This document shows positions 9,657 to 18,751 of a stretch of 64,000 nucleotides of DNA, in pieces; within the stretch, counting starts at the first letter, position 1; every line of letters starts with the position of its first letter. Both the position numbers and the translations under genes were made by a program. Source of the DNA: an uncultured delta proteobacterium (GTDB lineage Bacteria > Desulfobacterota > Binatia > Binatales > Binataceae); NCBI GenBank assembly GCA_963771325.1, contig CAVYTJ010000023.1:11963-75962 (forward strand), read 5' to 3'. The notes under the pieces are model-generated. The model ran no database searches, was not told the origin of the DNA, and saw only the letters and a list, made by a program, of their open reading frames with translations.

Positions 9657-10594
9657 TTTTGCGTCTCCAGGAACGCGACCAGCGCGCGGACGTCGCCATC
9701 GCTTAGCTTGAAGTTTGGCATGTTGCTGCCGGGCTTGAAGTCATCGGGATCATGCAGCCAGGCCGCGAGGTTCTCCGGCGTGTTCTCAAGCGCGCCCGCG
9801 GCGAGCGTCCGGCGGCTCGCGACGTGCGTGAGATCCGGGCCGACGCTGCGCAGGTGGCAGTTGGTGCAGATGTTCTCGCGGTAAATCTTCGCGCCGAGTT
9901 GCTCATCCGCCGTAACGGGCTTGGGCGGAATGCCCGCCTGTTGCTTTACCCAGGCCGCGAAATCATCAGGCGAGTCCGCGATCACCATAATGCGCATCCA
10001 CGCGTGTTCGTTGCCGCAGAACTCGGCGCATGCTCCAAGGTACGTGCCGCCGTGGTCGGCCTCGATCCACAGGCGATTGGGATGGCCCGGTATGATGTCG
10101 ATCTTGCGCCCCAGTGCGGGCACCCAGAAGTCGTGGATCACGTCGGCCGAGCGAAAATCGACCAGCAACTGCTTGCCGACCGGAATGTGTATCTCGTTGG
10201 CGGTAGTTACACCGGACTTGAGATAGATGATTTCCCACCACCATTGATGGGCGACGATCCTGAGGTCCGGCTTGGCATCGGCGGTCGGTGGATCCCCGGC
10301 GCTCATGGCTCGAATCGTGAAGCCTAAGAGCACGACCAGCGACAGGATCGGCACGGCGGTCCAGATGATTTCGAGCTTTCGCGAGCCGAAACTCTGCTCC
10401 GCCTCTGGCGCTCCGGGCCGATCGCGATAGCGGATGATCGCGTATATGACGAGAAAACTGACCAGGATCAGGATCGCGGAGAGAAAAACCAGCGTGCCGA
10501 CGAAGAGATTCGAAATTGCGGCCGCTTGCGGAGAGGCCGGAGAGAGGGTGAACGCGTTAGCGGTATACGGCCCAGGCATAGCCACACCAACCAT
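9653..10594 (-). CDS. ctaC: cytochrome c oxidase subunit II with C-terminal cytochrome c domain (caa3 type)
   Basis: CuA site CAEFCGNEHAWM; C-terminal CTNCH haem-c motif and NMPNF; 4-nt overlap with ctaD. Confidence 0.95.
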   Translation of the reverse strand: MVGVAMPGPYTANAFTLSPASPQAAAISNLFVGTLVFLSAILILVSFLVIYAIIRYRDRPGAPEAEQSFGSRKLEIIWTAVPILSLVVLLGFTIRAMSAGDPPTADAKPDLRIVAHQWWWEIIYLKSGVTTANEIHIPVGKQLLVDFRSADVIHDFWVPALGRKIDIIPGHPNRLWIEADHGGTYLGACAEFCGNEHAWMRIMVIADSPDDFAAWVKQQAGIPPKPVTADEQLGAKIYRENICTNCHLRSVGPDLTHVASRRTLAAGALENTPENLAAWLHDPDDFKPGSNMPNFKLSDGDVRALVAFLETQK

Positions 10595-10842
10595 CGGCGG
10601 CGCGCGAAGCGACAGTCACGTCGCGTACAAAATACCGGCTGCGCGCAGAGCGTAACCTTCGGGCGCGGCATATTGCAAGCAAAAGTTTTCCAGAGAACCG
10701 CTCCCGGCCGATTACAATTTGATTACCGGCGATGGTGCTGGCGGGTGCAGCGCGGGCTTTGATAAACAAATAAAATCCAAACTGTGAGCGATCCGGCGCG
10801 CGCCGGACGCACAACCAAATCGATCGCGAGGACAAAAGAGTC

Positions 10843-11754
10843 ATGCTGGAAGCATCGGAACAACTCGAGCACCTGAAGCTGGCCGCCGAGGTCGCCGGGC
10901 TCGAAGTGCCGCGTTTCACTTTACCCGAGGACCACGACGTGGTGGTCAACCGGATGCGTTTCCACTACCTCGATTGGGGGACGGCGGGACGCCATCCGAT
11001 TCTTTTCCTTCACGGCGGCGGGCTCAACGCGCATACCTGGGATCTCGTATGCCTGGCGCTGCGCGGCGAGTACCACTGCGTCGCGCTCGACCAGCGCGGC
11101 CATGGCGACAGCGAATGGTCGCCGGTCGGCGACTACAGTCTGCCGAGCCAGGTGCGCGACATCGAGGACTTCATCGAAAAACTCAAGCTCAAGCGCCCGC
11201 TGGTGGTCGGCCATTCGATGGGTGGATTTGCGGCGATGGCGTACGCGGCGAAGTTCGCGCGCCGGATGGCCGGGCTGGTGCTGGTCGATATCGCGCCCGA
11301 GCTGAATCCCGCCGGCACCGCGCGCATCCGCAACTTCCTCGCTCAGGACCGCGAGCTGGACTCGGTCGACGCGTTCGTGGAGCGGGCGATGGCGTTTAAT
11401 CCGCTGCGCAATCCGGCGCTGCTGCGCCGCAGCCTGTTGCACAACCTGCGCGAGCTGCCCAACGGCAAATGGACCTGGAAGCACGACCCCAATCGCGTCC
11501 GCCCCACGCCCGAGTCGCTGCGCGCGCGCCAGACGGAGATCATGAAGGAGGTCTCCCACATCACCTGCCCGACGCTGGTGCTGCGCGGTGCGAAGAGCGA
11601 CGTGCTGACCGACGAGAGCGCGGCAAGTTTCGCGCGCGCGCTGCCCGACGGGCGTTGGCTGCGAGTCGAGGACGCGGCGCACACGGTGCAGGGCGACAAT
11701 CCGCGTGGGCTGGTCGAAGCGCTGCGTCCGTTTTTGCGCGAAATCAAACTTTAG
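10843..11754 (+). CDS. alpha/beta hydrolase
   Basis: ILFLHGGGLNAHTWD...RGHGDS...VVGHSMGG nucleophile elbow, with a late AAHTVQGDNP His motif. Confidence 0.85.
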   Translation: MLEASEQLEHLKLAAEVAGLEVPRFTLPEDHDVVVNRMRFHYLDWGTAGRHPILFLHGGGLNAHTWDLVCLALRGEYHCVALDQRGHGDSEWSPVGDYSLPSQVRDIEDFIEKLKLKRPLVVGHSMGGFAAMAYAAKFARRMAGLVLVDIAPELNPAGTARIRNFLAQDRELDSVDAFVERAMAFNPLRNPALLRRSLLHNLRELPNGKWTWKHDPNRVRPTPESLRARQTEIMKEVSHITCPTLVLRGAKSDVLTDESAASFARALPDGRWLRVEDAAHTVQGDNPRGLVEALRPFLREIKL

Positions 11755-11820
11755 ACGTGTCCGGCGCGCCGGTCACAGCGTCGGGTACCGCACAATATGA
11801 TTCGCCGGAGGGGCCAACCG

Positions 11821-12096
11821 ATGCGACAGATCAAATCGTTCGCAGTGCTGCAGACCTCGAAGGTGATGGGTGTGCTTTACTTTCTTCTCGGCCTGCTTTT
11901 CGTGGTGTTCGTCGTGGTGATAGCGCCGGCCCCAAAAGCTCACGGCCATCGAGGTTTGTTCGTCATAGCCCTCGCGCCGGTGTTTTATGGGGTTGCCGGA
12001 TTCGTTTTCACCGCCATCATCTGCTGGCTCTACAACGCCATCGCCAGGCGAATCGGCGGTATCCAATTCGAGGTGTCGGGCGAAGTGCAATCCTGA
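11821..12096 (+). CDS. small membrane protein, hypothetical
   Basis: Two hydrophobic helices (VMGVLYFLLGLLFVVFVVVI, VAGFVFTAIICWLY). Start set at the internal MRQIK. Confidence 0.5.
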   Translation: MRQIKSFAVLQTSKVMGVLYFLLGLLFVVFVVVIAPAPKAHGHRGLFVIALAPVFYGVAGFVFTAIICWLYNAIARRIGGIQFEVSGEVQS

Positions 12097-12113
12097 AATT
12101 TATGCGCGCGGGA

Positions 12114-13616
12114 TTACTGATGCGAGCGGTTGCCGGCTTCGCTCTCCGACGAAAAATGGATAGCGAATGTCGTCCCTTTACCCTTTTCAGTTTGTACTGA
12201 GATCTTGGCTCCGTTCAATTCCAGGTAGTTGCGCGTCAGAGCCAGCCCCAGTCCCGAGCCTTGAAATTGCCGACCGCTATCTGAACGCTCCTGCGAGAAC
12301 GGTTCAAACAAGTGCGGCAGGTACTCCTCGCTGATACCTATCCCGGTATCGCGAATCTCAAGGCAAAGCGTCCCGTCCGGCGCTCTATACAGCCGGCAGG
12401 TAATCGCCCCGCGAACGGTAAACTTGATCGCGTTGTCGAGCAGGTTCGAAAGGGCTTGCGTCAGACTGTATTCGTCGAACACTACGCTGGCGCCGGGTAC
12501 ATCGATTGTACATGTCAGCGCAATACCCTTGCGTTCGGCCGTGACGCGGAAATCCACCAAAAGGCTCTCCAGCAAGGGGCCGATCTCCAACCGGGTGGGT
12601 GCCAGGCTGAAGGCACCTCTCTCGATTTTGGAGATGTCCAGAATGTTGCCGATGGTGCGGAGCAGACGCGCGGAGGCACGCTGGATCCCCTCCGCGTACT
12701 CTTTCACACTTTCATCGTTCCGCGCGGCCAGGTGCTCTTCGATAAGTTCATTATAGCCCGTTATTATATTCAGCGGCGTGCGGATCTCGTGACTCACGTT
12801 CGCTATGAACGCGGACTTCAGACGCGAGGCTTCCAGGGCGGCGTCACGCGCGCGCTCGAGAAGAACTCTCTGTTCCCGAAGGCGATCGACGACCGAGGTC
12901 ACGACGGCAACCGCTAGGACCATGATGGGGACGAGGGTGATTGCTTCGGCGGCGACGAAGGAGATGCTCACGGCGTGTGAAAAGTCCGGAACCTCCGAGG
13001 AGCGCAGGAAGGTGGTCCCGGCCATCCCGGCGTAATGCAGGACGGGGTTGGCCGCCCCCAGCAATAGAACGCTGGCAGCCTTTCGCAACTTTGGCGCAGT
13101 GGCCTCATCCGGAAAGAGAAATCTTAGCTGCAGGGCCATCAGCGAGAACAGCATCGCGAGAAGCACCGAAACGGTGACTAGTGCGGGAGAATAGCGGCAC
13201 ATCCCCTCGAATCGCATCGCCGCCATGGCCGTGTAATGCAGGACCGCGATGCCGCCGCCTATGAACATGCTGCCGACCAGAGCCCGGCGTGATCGTATCT
13301 TCCACGAATTCACAAGAAACAGAGCCACCGCGGCACTGACGACGGCAGGAAGAAAAGAGAGCAACACCGTGGGCCAGTGGTACAGAACAGGCACCGGCAA
13401 GCTGAAGGCCAGCATCCCGGTGTAGTGCATCGACCACGTCCCAAGTCCGCTCGCCGTGGCGCCGCCGATTACCCACCAGAGCCACGCCTGACCGCGAGCC
13501 GCGGTTATCCGCTCGGCGAGCTCCAACGCAGCGTATGCACCCAGCATGGAGATCAGGATGGACAGCGCAACGATGCGGAAATCGTAAGAGCCGACCATGA
13601 CCGCGGCAGCGGTCAT
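12114..13616 (-). CDS. MHYT-domain sensor histidine kinase
   Basis: Three MHYT-like motifs (MHYTGM, LHYTAM, LHYAGM) in an N-terminal 6-7 TM region. This is followed by HisKA (SHEIRTPLN) and HATPase_c (DNAIKF...DTGIGI...GSGLGL). Confidence 0.85.
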   Translation of the reverse strand: MTAAAVMVGSYDFRIVALSILISMLGAYAALELAERITAARGQAWLWWVIGGATASGLGTWSMHYTGMLAFSLPVPVLYHWPTVLLSFLPAVVSAAVALFLVNSWKIRSRRALVGSMFIGGGIAVLHYTAMAAMRFEGMCRYSPALVTVSVLLAMLFSLMALQLRFLFPDEATAPKLRKAASVLLLGAANPVLHYAGMAGTTFLRSSEVPDFSHAVSISFVAAEAITLVPIMVLAVAVVTSVVDRLREQRVLLERARDAALEASRLKSAFIANVSHEIRTPLNIITGYNELIEEHLAARNDESVKEYAEGIQRASARLLRTIGNILDISKIERGAFSLAPTRLEIGPLLESLLVDFRVTAERKGIALTCTIDVPGASVVFDEYSLTQALSNLLDNAIKFTVRGAITCRLYRAPDGTLCLEIRDTGIGISEEYLPHLFEPFSQERSDSGRQFQGSGLGLALTRNYLELNGAKISVQTEKGKGTTFAIHFSSESEAGNRSHQ

Positions 13617-13839
13617 CGGGATGAACGACCCCGGGGTCGATGTAGGGGCATGCAGAGCCTCCTGACGAGACCACGGAAACAACCGGGACGGTCGACAGGA
13701 GTCTAAGCGTGGGTGCCGCCAGTGTCAAAGACGCTCGCAAGTAGGTAGGTAATGGATGATTGACCCGTCGCGCTGGAAATGTGCCGCGTCGAATTCGAGC
13801 TTTCGGGTGCAGTCCAGCCTCAACGACCGCCAGCGCTGG

Positions 13840-15066
13840 TCAATGCCGCTCGTGGCGGAGCACGCCGCGGCGCTCCAGGTCCGCGACCTGCCCCGCCGTA
13901 TAGCCCAGATAATCGCCGAGAACTTCGGCGTTGTGCTCGCCCAAAAACGGCGCTTCAAGATCGAGCGGCGCCGGGAAATCGGAGAAGCGCAACGCGAAAC
14001 CCGGCAACTCGAACTCGCCGAGTATCCGGTCGCGCACCTTGCGGATAGTGCCGCGCTCGCGCAGATGCGGATGGTTGATCGCCTCTTCAACCGAGAGCAC
14101 TGGCGCGCAGGGCACGCGATGCTCGCGCATCGCGGCGAGTGCGGTGGCGTCGCTCGGCAGCGAAGCGATCCAGCGCTCGATTTCGTCCACCAGCGCCTCG
14201 CAATTTTTCACCCGCGATTCGTTGTCGATGAAGCGCGGGTCCTGCGCCAGCTCCGGCCGGCCCATCGCGTTGCACAAAAAGCCGAAGATATGGTCCATCG
14301 GGCACATGATAATGATGTAGGCATCGCGCGCCTTGAATACTCCGACCGGCGCGAGATAGAAGTTGTGCAGCCCCGAACGCATCGGCTTGTACGCACCTTT
14401 GCTCAGACTATGTATCTGCACGCTTGCTTCGTGGTAATGGAAATAGGTATCCAGCAGCGACAGATCGAGATATTGGCCGCGGCCGCTGCGCTCGCGATAG
14501 AGCAGCGCACAGGCTATCGCACCCATCGCGTGCGCGCCGGTGCTGACGTCGCCGATCGCCGCCATCACCACGTACGGCGGACCGTCGGGCTCGCCGCCCA
14601 TGCTGGTGATGCCGGCGTAAGCGGCGCCCAAAGTATCGAAGCCGGGCTGGCTTGAGAGCGGCCCGGTCTGCCCGAAGGCCGAGACCGAGCACATGATCGC
14701 GCGCGGGTTGATCGATTTGACCGTCTCCCAGCCGAGACCCATCCGCCCGATAACGCCAGGCGCGAAGTTTTCCACCACCACGTCGACCTTGGCCACCATG
14801 GCCTTCAGGATCGCGAGGCCGTCCGGCGTTTTGGGATCGAGGCAGAGGCTTTTCTTGCCGCGGTTATGCTGAACGTAATAGCCGCTGCGTCCCTCGACCT
14901 GCATCGGCGCAAGGCGCGTCTTGTCGCCGCCCGGCGCAAGCTCGACCTTGATGACCTCGGCGCCCATCTCGGCCATCATCAGGGTGACTGTCGGCCCGGC
15001 GACGTACTGGGTAAAGTCGAGGACCTTGTAGCCGTCGAGTACTCCCAAAGGCGCATTTGTGCTCAT
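13840..15066 (-). CDS. family III (CaiB/BaiF) CoA-transferase
   Basis: LDGYKVLDFTQYVAGP...ENFAPGV...GDVSTG, typical of family III CoA-transferases. Start set at MSTNAPLG. Confidence 0.9.
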   Translation of the reverse strand: MSTNAPLGVLDGYKVLDFTQYVAGPTVTLMMAEMGAEVIKVELAPGGDKTRLAPMQVEGRSGYYVQHNRGKKSLCLDPKTPDGLAILKAMVAKVDVVVENFAPGVIGRMGLGWETVKSINPRAIMCSVSAFGQTGPLSSQPGFDTLGAAYAGITSMGGEPDGPPYVVMAAIGDVSTGAHAMGAIACALLYRERSGRGQYLDLSLLDTYFHYHEASVQIHSLSKGAYKPMRSGLHNFYLAPVGVFKARDAYIIIMCPMDHIFGFLCNAMGRPELAQDPRFIDNESRVKNCEALVDEIERWIASLPSDATALAAMREHRVPCAPVLSVEEAINHPHLRERGTIRKVRDRILGEFELPGFALRFSDFPAPLDLEAPFLGEHNAEVLGDYLGYTAGQVADLERRGVLRHERH

Positions 15067-15242
15067 CGTGGCCTCCCCGGTATAGACGCCCTGTATACCA
15101 CGGCGGAGCGCGAAATCGATCCCTCCCGACGCGAGGGGTTGCCGGGGGTGTCGGTCGGGCGCAACGTCGTGTAAAATCCCCAGAACTTTATTTGCGATGT
15201 CCGGAGCAATCTGGCGCAAGAGTCAGGGGGCAGCCACGAATC

Positions 15243-16130
15243 ATGAGCCATGGAGATGACAGCCACAAGCGAGAAACCGGTGAGTTCGGTCCCGAACAGC
15301 AGATCCATTACCGGGAGTACAAGCTGCTGCTCAAGCCGGAGCGCTTCGCCGACGAGGACGGCTTCCACAAGTTCTACAAGCATGCTCATCACGTGGCCAA
15401 GGGGATGGGCGTGCACCTGGAAAAATCCGAGAAGCACGAACCGCATATGCGCGAGGTCGTTTTCTACGACACGCCGCACTTCAAGCTCTACACCGACCGT
15501 TTCATCCTGCGTAAACGAACCTTCTTCAAAAAAGGCCACCCCGAGCCGAACTTCGAACTGACCATCCGCTACCGCAATCCCGAAGCAAAGGCCGCGGCCG
15601 CGGTCGACATGCATCCGCTGCTGCCCTGCATCTACACGATCAAGTTCAAGGAAGAGATCCTTCAGCTCAAGGACAAGCTGGCCGGGATGCGGATGCTGTA
15701 TGCCAACGGCTGCGAACTCGACACGCCCAACGTCATCCTGACCCAGCGCTTCGAGATCATCTCGCAGGTCTTTCCCGCCCTGCAAAAAGTGCGCAGCGCC
15801 AATCCCAAGGCCACGATGGGTATCGTCAACGACGTGACCGTGGACGAAACCCTGGTTCATCTGGGCGAGATGGACTTCGGCGGCAAGGCGCAATGCAAGG
15901 CCTCGGTCGCGGTATGGCGCAACCGTTCGACCGGACGCGACATGATCGCCGAGTTCGGCTACCAACTGAAATTCGAGGGCCTCGCCTCGCTGCATCGCAA
16001 GCCGCGCGAGCTGTCGGAAGAGTTCTTCAAGAATATCCAATTGGAGTGTGCCGATTGGGTCGCGATGGGCACTACCAAAACCGCGATGGTCTACGGGATG
16101 GGACGCAAGCCGGTCAATCATGATGAATGA
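15243..16130 (+). CDS. CYTH-like (triphosphate tunnel) domain protein, hypothetical
   Basis: REYKLLL (ExK-type start), VFYDTPHFKLYTDRFILRKR, FELTIRYR and IKFKEEI follow the order of CYTH beta-strand motifs. Weak, motif-only call. Confidence 0.55.
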   Translation: MSHGDDSHKRETGEFGPEQQIHYREYKLLLKPERFADEDGFHKFYKHAHHVAKGMGVHLEKSEKHEPHMREVVFYDTPHFKLYTDRFILRKRTFFKKGHPEPNFELTIRYRNPEAKAAAAVDMHPLLPCIYTIKFKEEILQLKDKLAGMRMLYANGCELDTPNVILTQRFEIISQVFPALQKVRSANPKATMGIVNDVTVDETLVHLGEMDFGGKAQCKASVAVWRNRSTGRDMIAEFGYQLKFEGLASLHRKPRELSEEFFKNIQLECADWVAMGTTKTAMVYGMGRKPVNHDE

Positions 16131-16782
16131 TGCGATCAATGACGCGAGCGCGGTGGCTGAGGCGGCGGCGGGCGCGCCAGTTTCGCTGGGAATGATTTTC
16201 CGGACCTTCCTGACCGCCGGCGCGATAAGCTTCGGCGGCGGCGTGGTCGCCTATCTCCGCGAATACACGGTTAGCGATACCAAGTGGCTCGACGACGACG
16301 CCTTCCTCGACGCGCTCGAGATAAGCCAGACGCTGCCCGGGCTCAACGCGGTCAACATGAGCGTGATCATCGGTGACAACCTGCGCGGCATCCCCGGCGC
16401 AATCGTGGCGGTGGCGGGTCTGGTGCTCCCCGGCGTGATCGTCATCATGGGCCTGGGCGCCGCCTGGCAGGAGGAGTCGCACAATCCGCAGGTTAGAGCC
16501 TTCCTGATCGGCGTAGCGGCGGCGGCGGTCGGACTGCTGAGCACGGTGACGCTGCAATTGGGACACAAGCAATTCGTCAAGCCGCTTGACCTCGCGATCA
16601 TCGTGGCGACGTTCCTCGCAGTGAGTATCCTGCACATTCCGCTTTACCTCGTGCTCCTGGTAATCGGCTCGACGGCCGTGTTGCTATACCGGCCGGGCGC
16701 CAGGCACGAGTCGGTGGAGGAACGCGCCCGCCATCTGCGCGAGCGCCTGCGCCATCGACGCTACATCAGCCTCCGGCACTGA
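16120..16782 (+). CDS. chrA: chromate transporter family protein (first half-size paralog)
   Basis: FLTAGAISFGGG...WLDDDAFLDALEISQTLPGLNAVN, characteristic of the CHR family. Overlaps the preceding gene by 11 nt. Confidence 0.85.
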   Translation: MMNDAINDASAVAEAAAGAPVSLGMIFRTFLTAGAISFGGGVVAYLREYTVSDTKWLDDDAFLDALEISQTLPGLNAVNMSVIIGDNLRGIPGAIVAVAGLVLPGVIVIMGLGAAWQEESHNPQVRAFLIGVAAAAVGLLSTVTLQLGHKQFVKPLDLAIIVATFLAVSILHIPLYLVLLVIGSTAVLLYRPGARHESVEERARHLRERLRHRRYISLRH

Positions 16783-16806
16783 GACTCAAACAGGACACGC
16801 ACAGCA

Positions 16807-17352
16807 ATGGCGAAACTGCTCAACCTGACATGGGTATTCATGCTGCTCGCAATCCTCGCGGTGGGCGGAGGCACGGCGGTGCTGCCCGAGATGGAGCACA
16901 TGACGGTCGATCAATTTCACTGGGTGACCAAAGGCCAGTTCCGCGACATCTACAGCCTCGGCCAGGTCGCGCCGGGGCCGAACATGCTGATGGTGCTGCT
17001 AATCGGCCACAAGATGGCGGGTGCGTTGGGCGCGCTCGTGGTCGGGCTGGCCTTCTTTCTGCCCGATTGCATCCTCACGCTGATGGCGAATCGGCTGTGG
17101 GTGCATTTTAAAGACTCGCCATGGCGGGCGGCGGTCCAGCATGGGATGGCGCCGGTGGCGATCGGCCTGATGCTCGCGGGCACCTACGCGATCGCGCGCC
17201 TGTCGATCTTCAACCTCACCAGCCTGCTGATCGCCGCGTCAATTTTCGGCTTGCTGCTGTGGCGGCACATCAACCCTGCCCTGCTGGTCTTGGCGGGCGG
17301 CATGACGTACGTGCTGCTGCCGCACGTGCTTCAACATCTGTTCCCGCACTGA
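16807..17352 (+). CDS. chrA: chromate transporter family protein (second half-size paralog)
   Basis: GGGTAVLPEM...VAPGPNMLMV CHR-family motifs; paired with 16120..16782. Confidence 0.85.
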   Translation: MAKLLNLTWVFMLLAILAVGGGTAVLPEMEHMTVDQFHWVTKGQFRDIYSLGQVAPGPNMLMVLLIGHKMAGALGALVVGLAFFLPDCILTLMANRLWVHFKDSPWRAAVQHGMAPVAIGLMLAGTYAIARLSIFNLTSLLIAASIFGLLLWRHINPALLVLAGGMTYVLLPHVLQHLFPH

Positions 17353-17403
17353 ACCGGCGCCGCCATTAGCGGCGGCGCGCCTGGCGCTGCGGTAGCGTTC
17401 GCG

Positions 17404-18561
17404 TCAGCCCCAAAGCCTCCGCGTGGCGATATCCGCGCCCTTGCGCAGCGCGCCAAGCTTGGCCCACACGATATCCTCGGGGACCATCTCCCACGCCGCG
17501 AACGTCCCGAAACCGCAATCGACTCCGGCGATCACGCGCGAGCGATCTCCAACCGCCTCGGCCACTCGGCAAATCCGGTCGGCCACGACCTCGGGATGCT
17601 CGACGAAGCAGGAGGTCGAATCGACGACCCCGGGAATGATCAGCATCCCGTCGGGCGGACGCAGCTTGCTCAGCACCTTGTACTCGTGCTGATGGGCGGG
17701 GTTGGCTCCTTCCAGCGCCAGCGCGCCGACGCGGGCCTGATAGATGGCAGGCAGGATGGCCTCGGCCGGGACGTCGTGCATGTGCGGCCCGTCGTAATTG
17801 CCCCAGCATACGTGCAGGCGCACGCGATCGGGCGGGATGTTGGCGACGGCGCGATTGACCGCCGCGATATGCAGTTCGACGATCTTGACGAACTCATCGA
17901 CCGATTTGTCCTGGTACAGGAACGTGCGCTCCATCGCGAGGTCGGGTGCGTCGAGTTGCAGGATATAGCCGCGGGAGTGGATGTATTCGTATTCCTTGCG
18001 AATCTCGTCGGCCACCGCCATGACGTAGCGCTCGTGGGTGTCGAAGTATCCTCCATTGAGCATCGTGGTGGCGATGATCCCGGGGGCCGCCGCGGTCATG
18101 AAACGCTCGGGAAACTTCGCCGCCGCCGACTTGTCGAACATGTCGCACTCTCTGCGCACTGCGCCGAGGTCTTCATAACTGAGCTTGCCGATCGCCTGCG
18201 GCGCGTTGAAGACCTTGGCTCCGCCGAGCATCCCGCGCTTGCGCATGACTTCGACGTACTGCGGAAATTCGCGCATGTCCCACGGCGTCGGGCGCTGGCT
18301 TTCGCCGCCGAAACCCTTCATCCGCTGCGGCACATAGGTCTGAAAGCCGACCCGCGGTTGTTCGCCATCGTTGCCGATGTCGATGCCTGCGGCGAGCTGA
18401 CGCTCGACCACGTGCGCGACGGCGGCTTCGGACTCGCGATCGAGCAGCTTTTCATCAATCGCCTCGCCGCGTTCCTGCTTGAGCAACAGTTCGGTCAGTT
18501 TCGGATTGCGCGGCAGGCTCCCGACATGGGTCGTGAGAATGCGCTTTTCGCTTTTCAACAT
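17404..18561 (-). CDS. cobalamin-independent methionine synthase (MetE C-terminal-like) family protein
   Basis: ILTTHVGSLPR...HVCWGNY...GVDCGFG zinc-ligand pattern of the MetE catalytic-domain family. Confidence 0.8.
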   Translation of the reverse strand: MLKSEKRILTTHVGSLPRNPKLTELLLKQERGEAIDEKLLDRESEAAVAHVVERQLAAGIDIGNDGEQPRVGFQTYVPQRMKGFGGESQRPTPWDMREFPQYVEVMRKRGMLGGAKVFNAPQAIGKLSYEDLGAVRRECDMFDKSAAAKFPERFMTAAAPGIIATTMLNGGYFDTHERYVMAVADEIRKEYEYIHSRGYILQLDAPDLAMERTFLYQDKSVDEFVKIVELHIAAVNRAVANIPPDRVRLHVCWGNYDGPHMHDVPAEAILPAIYQARVGALALEGANPAHQHEYKVLSKLRPPDGMLIIPGVVDSTSCFVEHPEVVADRICRVAEAVGDRSRVIAGVDCGFGTFAAWEMVPEDIVWAKLGALRKGADIATRRLWG

Positions 18562-18751
18562 GGCGAGGGTCCCCTCCGTGGTACGCGCCGGCGGGCGCGC
18601 GCGATTCGGCGCGCGAGCGGACGCGCGCCGTGGCTAAAGCCGTCCGCAGTCTACAGCAATGTTCGGGTCAAATTGCAAACGCGCGGGACGCCGGGCTCAA
18701 GCGCCGGCACAAATAGGACGCGGCGAATCGCCGAGGTAAGTGAACCGCCGG

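Noticed and set aside
15063-16139. 358-aa ORF antisense to the CYTH-like gene. Similar long antisense or out-of-frame ORFs occur at 17596..18777, 40528..41562, 56334..57635, 61245..62804 and 38055..39452.
   Set aside because: They are Arg/Ala/Gly/Pro-rich, low-complexity translations typical of shadow ORFs in high-GC DNA. Each overlaps a gene with clear family motifs on the other strand or frame, and none has motifs of its own.
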